From positions 2,144,001 through 2,208,000 of the forward strand of contig CBDCDS010000003.1 in the NCBI GenBank assembly GCA_965215365.1: 64,000 nt of DNA, written 5' to 3'. The number at the start of each line of letters is the position of its first letter. Positions within the stretch are counted from its first letter, which is position 1. Position numbers and translations under genes: made by a program. Origin of the DNA: Gammaproteobacteria bacterium. Lineage in GTDB: Bacteria; Pseudomonadota; Gammaproteobacteria; Eutrophobiales; Eutrophobiaceae. This document shows positions 60,360 through 64,000 of the stretch, one piece after another. Under the pieces are notes generated by a model. It made no database searches and was not told where the DNA came from. It was given only the letters and a program-made list of their open reading frames with translations.

Positions 60360-61094
60360 ATGGGCATTACCGCAACACAGGCTCCCTGGTCGCGACAGGA
60401 CTTTGAGCAACGCTTGCGCGACAAGGAGAAATATTACCATATTCATCATCCGTTCCAGGTATTGATGAACTCGGGCAAGCTGGACAAACCGGCAATCCAG
60501 GGTTGGGTAGCGAACCGGTTCTATTACCAGACCAGCATTCCCGTCAAGGACGCCGCGATCATGGCCAACTGCCGCGAGCGTGACGTGCGGCGCCAGTGGG
60601 TGCAGCGTATTATCGACCACGACGGCGAGCAAGGCGAAGACGGCGGCATCGAAGCCTGGCTGCAACTGGGCGAGGCCGTGGGACTGGAGCGGAGCGAACT
60701 GCTCGCCGAGGCACGCGTGCTGCCGGGCGTGCGCTTCGCCATCGACGCCTACTACAATTTTGCTCGCACGGCCACCTGGCAGGAAGCGGCCTGTTCATCA
60801 CTCACCGAACTGTTTGCTCCGAAAATACACCAGCAGCGGCTGGACAACTGGCCGCAGCATTACACCTGGATAGACGCCCGGGGATACCACTACTTCCGCA
60901 AGCGCCTGCGCGAGGCGCGGCGGGATGTGCAGCACGGCCTGGACGTGACTCTGGATTATTTCAAAACCCGAGCCGAACAGGAACGGGCGCTGGGTATCCT
61001 GCAATTGAAGCTGGACATACTCTGGACGATGCTGGACGCCATGTGGATGGCCTATATTGAAAACAAGCCGCCTTATCACTGCGTAGCAGGATGA
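60360..61094 (+). CDS. pqqC: Pyrroloquinoline-quinone synthase PqqC
   Basis: [49 protein letters not shown]. Confidence 0.96.
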   Translation: MGITATQAPWSRQDFEQRLRDKEKYYHIHHPFQVLMNSGKLDKPAIQGWVANRFYYQTSIPVKDAAIMANCRERDVRRQWVQRIIDHDGEQGEDGGIEAWLQLGEAVGLERSELLAEARVLPGVRFAIDAYYNFARTATWQEAACSSLTELFAPKIHQQRLDNWPQHYTWIDARGYHYFRKRLREARRDVQHGLDVTLDYFKTRAEQERALGILQLKLDILWTMLDAMWMAYIENKPPYHCVAG

Positions 61095-61354
61095 GCAACA
61101 TCCCTGAAATTGCCCCGACCTTCCGCTTCCAATGGGAAGAAGTACAGGACTGTTATGTGATCCTGTATCCGGAGGGCATGGTGAAACTCAGCGGCAGCGC
61201 CGGCGAGATCATGAAACGTATAGACGGCAGTCATAATACCGACGAGATCATCGCCGATCTCAAAAACGCGTTCCCCGGAGTCGAACTTGATAATGACGTG
61301 CGTAACTTTTTAGACAATGCGAGAGACAATGGCTGGATCAGATACAAAACGTAG
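61091..61354 (+). CDS. pqqD: PQQ peptide chaperone PqqD
   Basis: [25 protein letters not shown]. Confidence 0.94.
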   Translation: MSNIPEIAPTFRFQWEEVQDCYVILYPEGMVKLSGSAGEIMKRIDGSHNTDEIIADLKNAFPGVELDNDVRNFLDNARDNGWIRYKT

Positions 61355-62480
61355 CCAACCGCTGTGGCTTTTGGCTGAGCTCACCTACCGATGTCCATTG
61401 CAGTGTCCCTACTGCTCGAACCCGGTGGAGATCGCCCAATACAATAATGAACTGGGCACCGAGGACTGGCTCAGGGTGTTGCAGCAGGCACGCAAGATGG
61501 GCGCCACCCAGCTGGGCTTCTCCGGCGGAGAACCGTTGGTACGGCGCGACCTAGAAGAGCTCATCGGCGAGGCGCGACGCCTGGGTTACTACACCAACCT
61601 GATCACTTCCGGGATAGGTATGGATCGGGACCGGGTCAAGGCCTTTAAGGAAGCGGGGCTGGACCATATCCAGATCAGCTTCCAAGCCAGTAATGAAGAA
61701 CTGAACAATTTCCTGGGCGGCAGCAAAAGTTTCCGCCACAAGCAGGAGATGGCCAGGGTGGTGAAGGAGTTTGAATATCCCATGGTGCTGAACATCGTGC
61801 TGCATCGGAAAAATGTGGATCAGATCCGAGACATTCTGGACATGACGGTGGAGTTGAACGCCGATTACGTGGAGCTGGCCAGCACCCAGTATTACGGCTG
61901 GTCGCGGGTCAATATCGAGCAGTTGTTGCCCACCCGGGAGCAACTGGCCCGAGCTGAAGCGGTGACCAGAGAGTATCAGGAAAAGATGAAGGAGAAGATG
62001 AAAATCATCTACGTGATCCCGGATTATTTCGAGAACCGCCCCAAGGCCTGCATGAATGGCTGGGGTGCCGTCTTCCTGACCATCGCCCCGGACGGCAGCG
62101 CCCTGCCCTGCCACGCTGCGGCGCAGTTGCCGGGACTGGAATTTCCCAATGTGAAGGAGCACAGTATCGACTACATCTGGAACGACTCCGATGCCTTCAA
62201 CAGGTATCGTGGCTTTGACTGGATGCAGGAACCGTGCCGCAGCTGCCCGGAAAAGGAAAAAGACTTCGGCGGCTGCCGCTGTCAGGCTTACATGCTCACC
62301 GGTGATGCCACCAACGCCGACCCGGTCTGTGATAAATCACCGCACCATGGCACGCTGCACGCCGATGTGGAGCGCATCGGCGGCTTGTCCGGCACGAAAG
62401 AATTTGAAAGCAAGCCGCTGGTATTCAGGAATATGCGCAATTCCAAAGAGTTGAGCAGGGAAACAGCTACTGCGGTGTGA
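61329..62480 (+). CDS. pqqE: PQQ biosynthesis radical SAM/SPASM enzyme PqqE
   Basis: [45 protein letters not shown]. Confidence 0.97.
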   Translation: MAGSDTKRSQPLWLLAELTYRCPLQCPYCSNPVEIAQYNNELGTEDWLRVLQQARKMGATQLGFSGGEPLVRRDLEELIGEARRLGYYTNLITSGIGMDRDRVKAFKEAGLDHIQISFQASNEELNNFLGGSKSFRHKQEMARVVKEFEYPMVLNIVLHRKNVDQIRDILDMTVELNADYVELASTQYYGWSRVNIEQLLPTREQLARAEAVTREYQEKMKEKMKIIYVIPDYFENRPKACMNGWGAVFLTIAPDGSALPCHAAAQLPGLEFPNVKEHSIDYIWNDSDAFNRYRGFDWMQEPCRSCPEKEKDFGGCRCQAYMLTGDATNADPVCDKSPHHGTLHADVERIGGLSGTKEFESKPLVFRNMRNSKELSRETATAV

Positions 62481-63303
62481 CCCCCCGTCTTGCAACCAGC
62501 GCCCAGGCCACATCCAGGGCCTGGCGGTTTGCCGTTACGTCGTGTACGCGCAAGATGTTGACACCGGCGAAGACGCCGATGGTGGTAGTAGCGCAGGTGG
62601 CGCCCACCAGTTCGCGATAGCGGGTTATGTCACAAATGGAACCCATGAAGCGTTTGCGACTGGCACCTAACAGCACCTTGTAGCCGGTGGCGGTGAAACT
62701 GTCTAGGTTCAAGATGAGGTCCAGGTTGTCGCGCTTGGATTTGCCGAAGCCGATACCCGGGTCGATGACCAGATTTTCCGGCCTGACGCCGGCCACCATG
62801 GCAGCCTCGGCGCGCGCCAGCAGGAACGTCCTGATTTCTGCCACCACATCGTCGTAATGCGGGTTGTCCTGCATGGTGCCGGGCGTTCCCTGCATGTGCA
62901 TGATGATATACGGCACGCCAGCCTCGGCGACCAATCTGAACATATCGGGGTCGTCGCGTCCCGCCGCCACATCGTTGACGAGGCTTGCGCCCTGTTCCAG
63001 CGCAGCACCGGCGACCCGGGTTGAGGTCGTGTCGATACTGATGGGGATGTGCGCCGGCAGTTGTTGTTGCAAGGCCTTGATGACCGGTAGCACGCGCGGT
63101 AACTGTTCCGCCGCCGTCACGCGCGTGGCGCCAGGGCGGGTGGACTCACCACCGATATCGATGATATCCGCGCCTTGTTCCACCATCTGCAAGGCGTGGG
63201 CTATGGCCGCGTCCCGGCCATGATACAACCCACCATCGGAAAAACTGTCTGGAGTCACGTTCAGTATCCCCATGAGCAGTGGCTTAGCCAGGTTGCCGGA
63301 CAT
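62467..63303 (-). CDS. folP: Dihydropteroate synthase
   Basis: [46 protein letters not shown]. Confidence 0.97.
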   Translation of the reverse strand: MSGNLAKPLLMGILNVTPDSFSDGGLYHGRDAAIAHALQMVEQGADIIDIGGESTRPGATRVTAAEQLPRVLPVIKALQQQLPAHIPISIDTTSTRVAGAALEQGASLVNDVAAGRDDPDMFRLVAEAGVPYIIMHMQGTPGTMQDNPHYDDVVAEIRTFLLARAEAAMVAGVRPENLVIDPGIGFGKSKRDNLDLILNLDSFTATGYKVLLGASRKRFMGSICDITRYRELVGATCATTTIGVFAGVNILRVHDVTANRQALDVAWALVARRGVTPQ

Positions 63304-63321
63304 TCAACTTAACCGGCAATA

Positions 63322-64000
63322 TCAGGTTGCAAGAGTACCAGCAAACTCATCGGTCGCAGTCACCAGCGCATCCGTCATAACGGCCTCGCCGGCCAGGTGC
63401 CCGCCTTCCCGGACGATCACCAGTTCCGCATCCGGGCGCGCCCGATGTAACGACCAGGATGTGTCCAGAGTGCAGGTCAGGTCGCGGCGACCGTGAATAA
63501 TCCGCATCGGCACGGCTGGAAGCAGGGCTGCGTTATCCAGAATTTGATTCTCCGCAATAAAGTAGCGATGTTTTGCGTAATGGGTCTCTATCAGCACCTC
63601 GCAAACCGTCTTATCAACATTGCTCGGCGTATAATCCTCCACGCCCGGTAACAGGTAAGTCACCAGCCGCCCCGCCCATTGCGACCAGGCCAGGGCTGCG
63701 GCCTCCCGTATTTTTTTATCAGAACCATGCACACGGGTATGGTAGGCCGTCACCAGATCGTCCCGCTCGGCTGGTGGAATGAGTTCGGTAAACTCCTGCC
63801 AGTAGTCGGGGAAGATCATGCCGGCACCCTGTCCGGCGAACCAGTCCAGGTCCTTCTGCCGGGCCAGAAATGTACCGCGCAGGATCAGGCCGAGCACCCG
63901 TGACGGGTATGACTGTGCATACAGCAACCCCAGGGTGGCACCCCAGGAACCGCCGAATACCAGCCACTGTTCTATACCCAGGTGCGCCCTGATGTGCTCA
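63322..64000 (-). CDS. pip: Proline iminopeptidase, 3' part (start lies beyond the window)
   Basis: WLVFGGSWGATLGLLYAQ, LILRGTFLAR, IHGRRDLTC, GGH. Confidence 0.9.
   Translation of the reverse strand, partial: EHIRAHLGIEQWLVFGGSWGATLGLLYAQSYPSRVLGLILRGTFLARQKDLDWFAGQGAGMIFPDYWQEFTELIPPAERDDLVTAYHTRVHGSDKKIREAAALAWSQWAGRLVTYLLPGVEDYTPSNVDKTVCEVLIETHYAKHRYFIAENQILDNAALLPAVPMRIIHGRRDLTCTLDTSWSLHRARPDAELVIVREGGHLAGEAVMTDALVTATDEFAGTLAT

Overview
GC-rich proteobacterial chromosomal window, most likely Gammaproteobacteria (inferred from the proteins). In order it holds: the nuoA-L operon (minus strand, nuoL cut by the window edge); a stand-alone GSU2403-type nucleotidyltransferase; a purine catabolism cluster (uraH-xdhABC-puuD) with an intact IS481-family element just upstream; an sdhAF4-sdhCDAB-sdhE-ygfZ region; a Type III restriction-modification locus with a PIN toxin-antitoxin pair between mod and res and an orphan HigA; housekeeping genes (yheT, dsbB, ffh, ypjD, corB-like, gor, modABC, ampG, an OFA-family MFS); and a cofactor cluster combining Moco, FdhD, H4MPT/methanofuran and PQQ genes. 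The main unexplained structure is a dispersed CCGCAGAT-GA-CGCAGAT-GAA-CGCAGAT repeat family. Its best copies form 36-bp inverted repeats around an internally deleted GxxExxY (PD-(D/E)xK) gene, a layout like the RAYT/REP system but with a different enzyme. Copies of the repeat also encode the C-termini of ModC, MoaE and probably AmpG and XdhC. Also present: a CGTC-type REP family, two probable inversions (sdh block; pqqB split from pqqCDE), two related TM/coiled-coil orphan proteins and a small decayed defence/TA island. All family assignments come from motif recognition; no database search was run.
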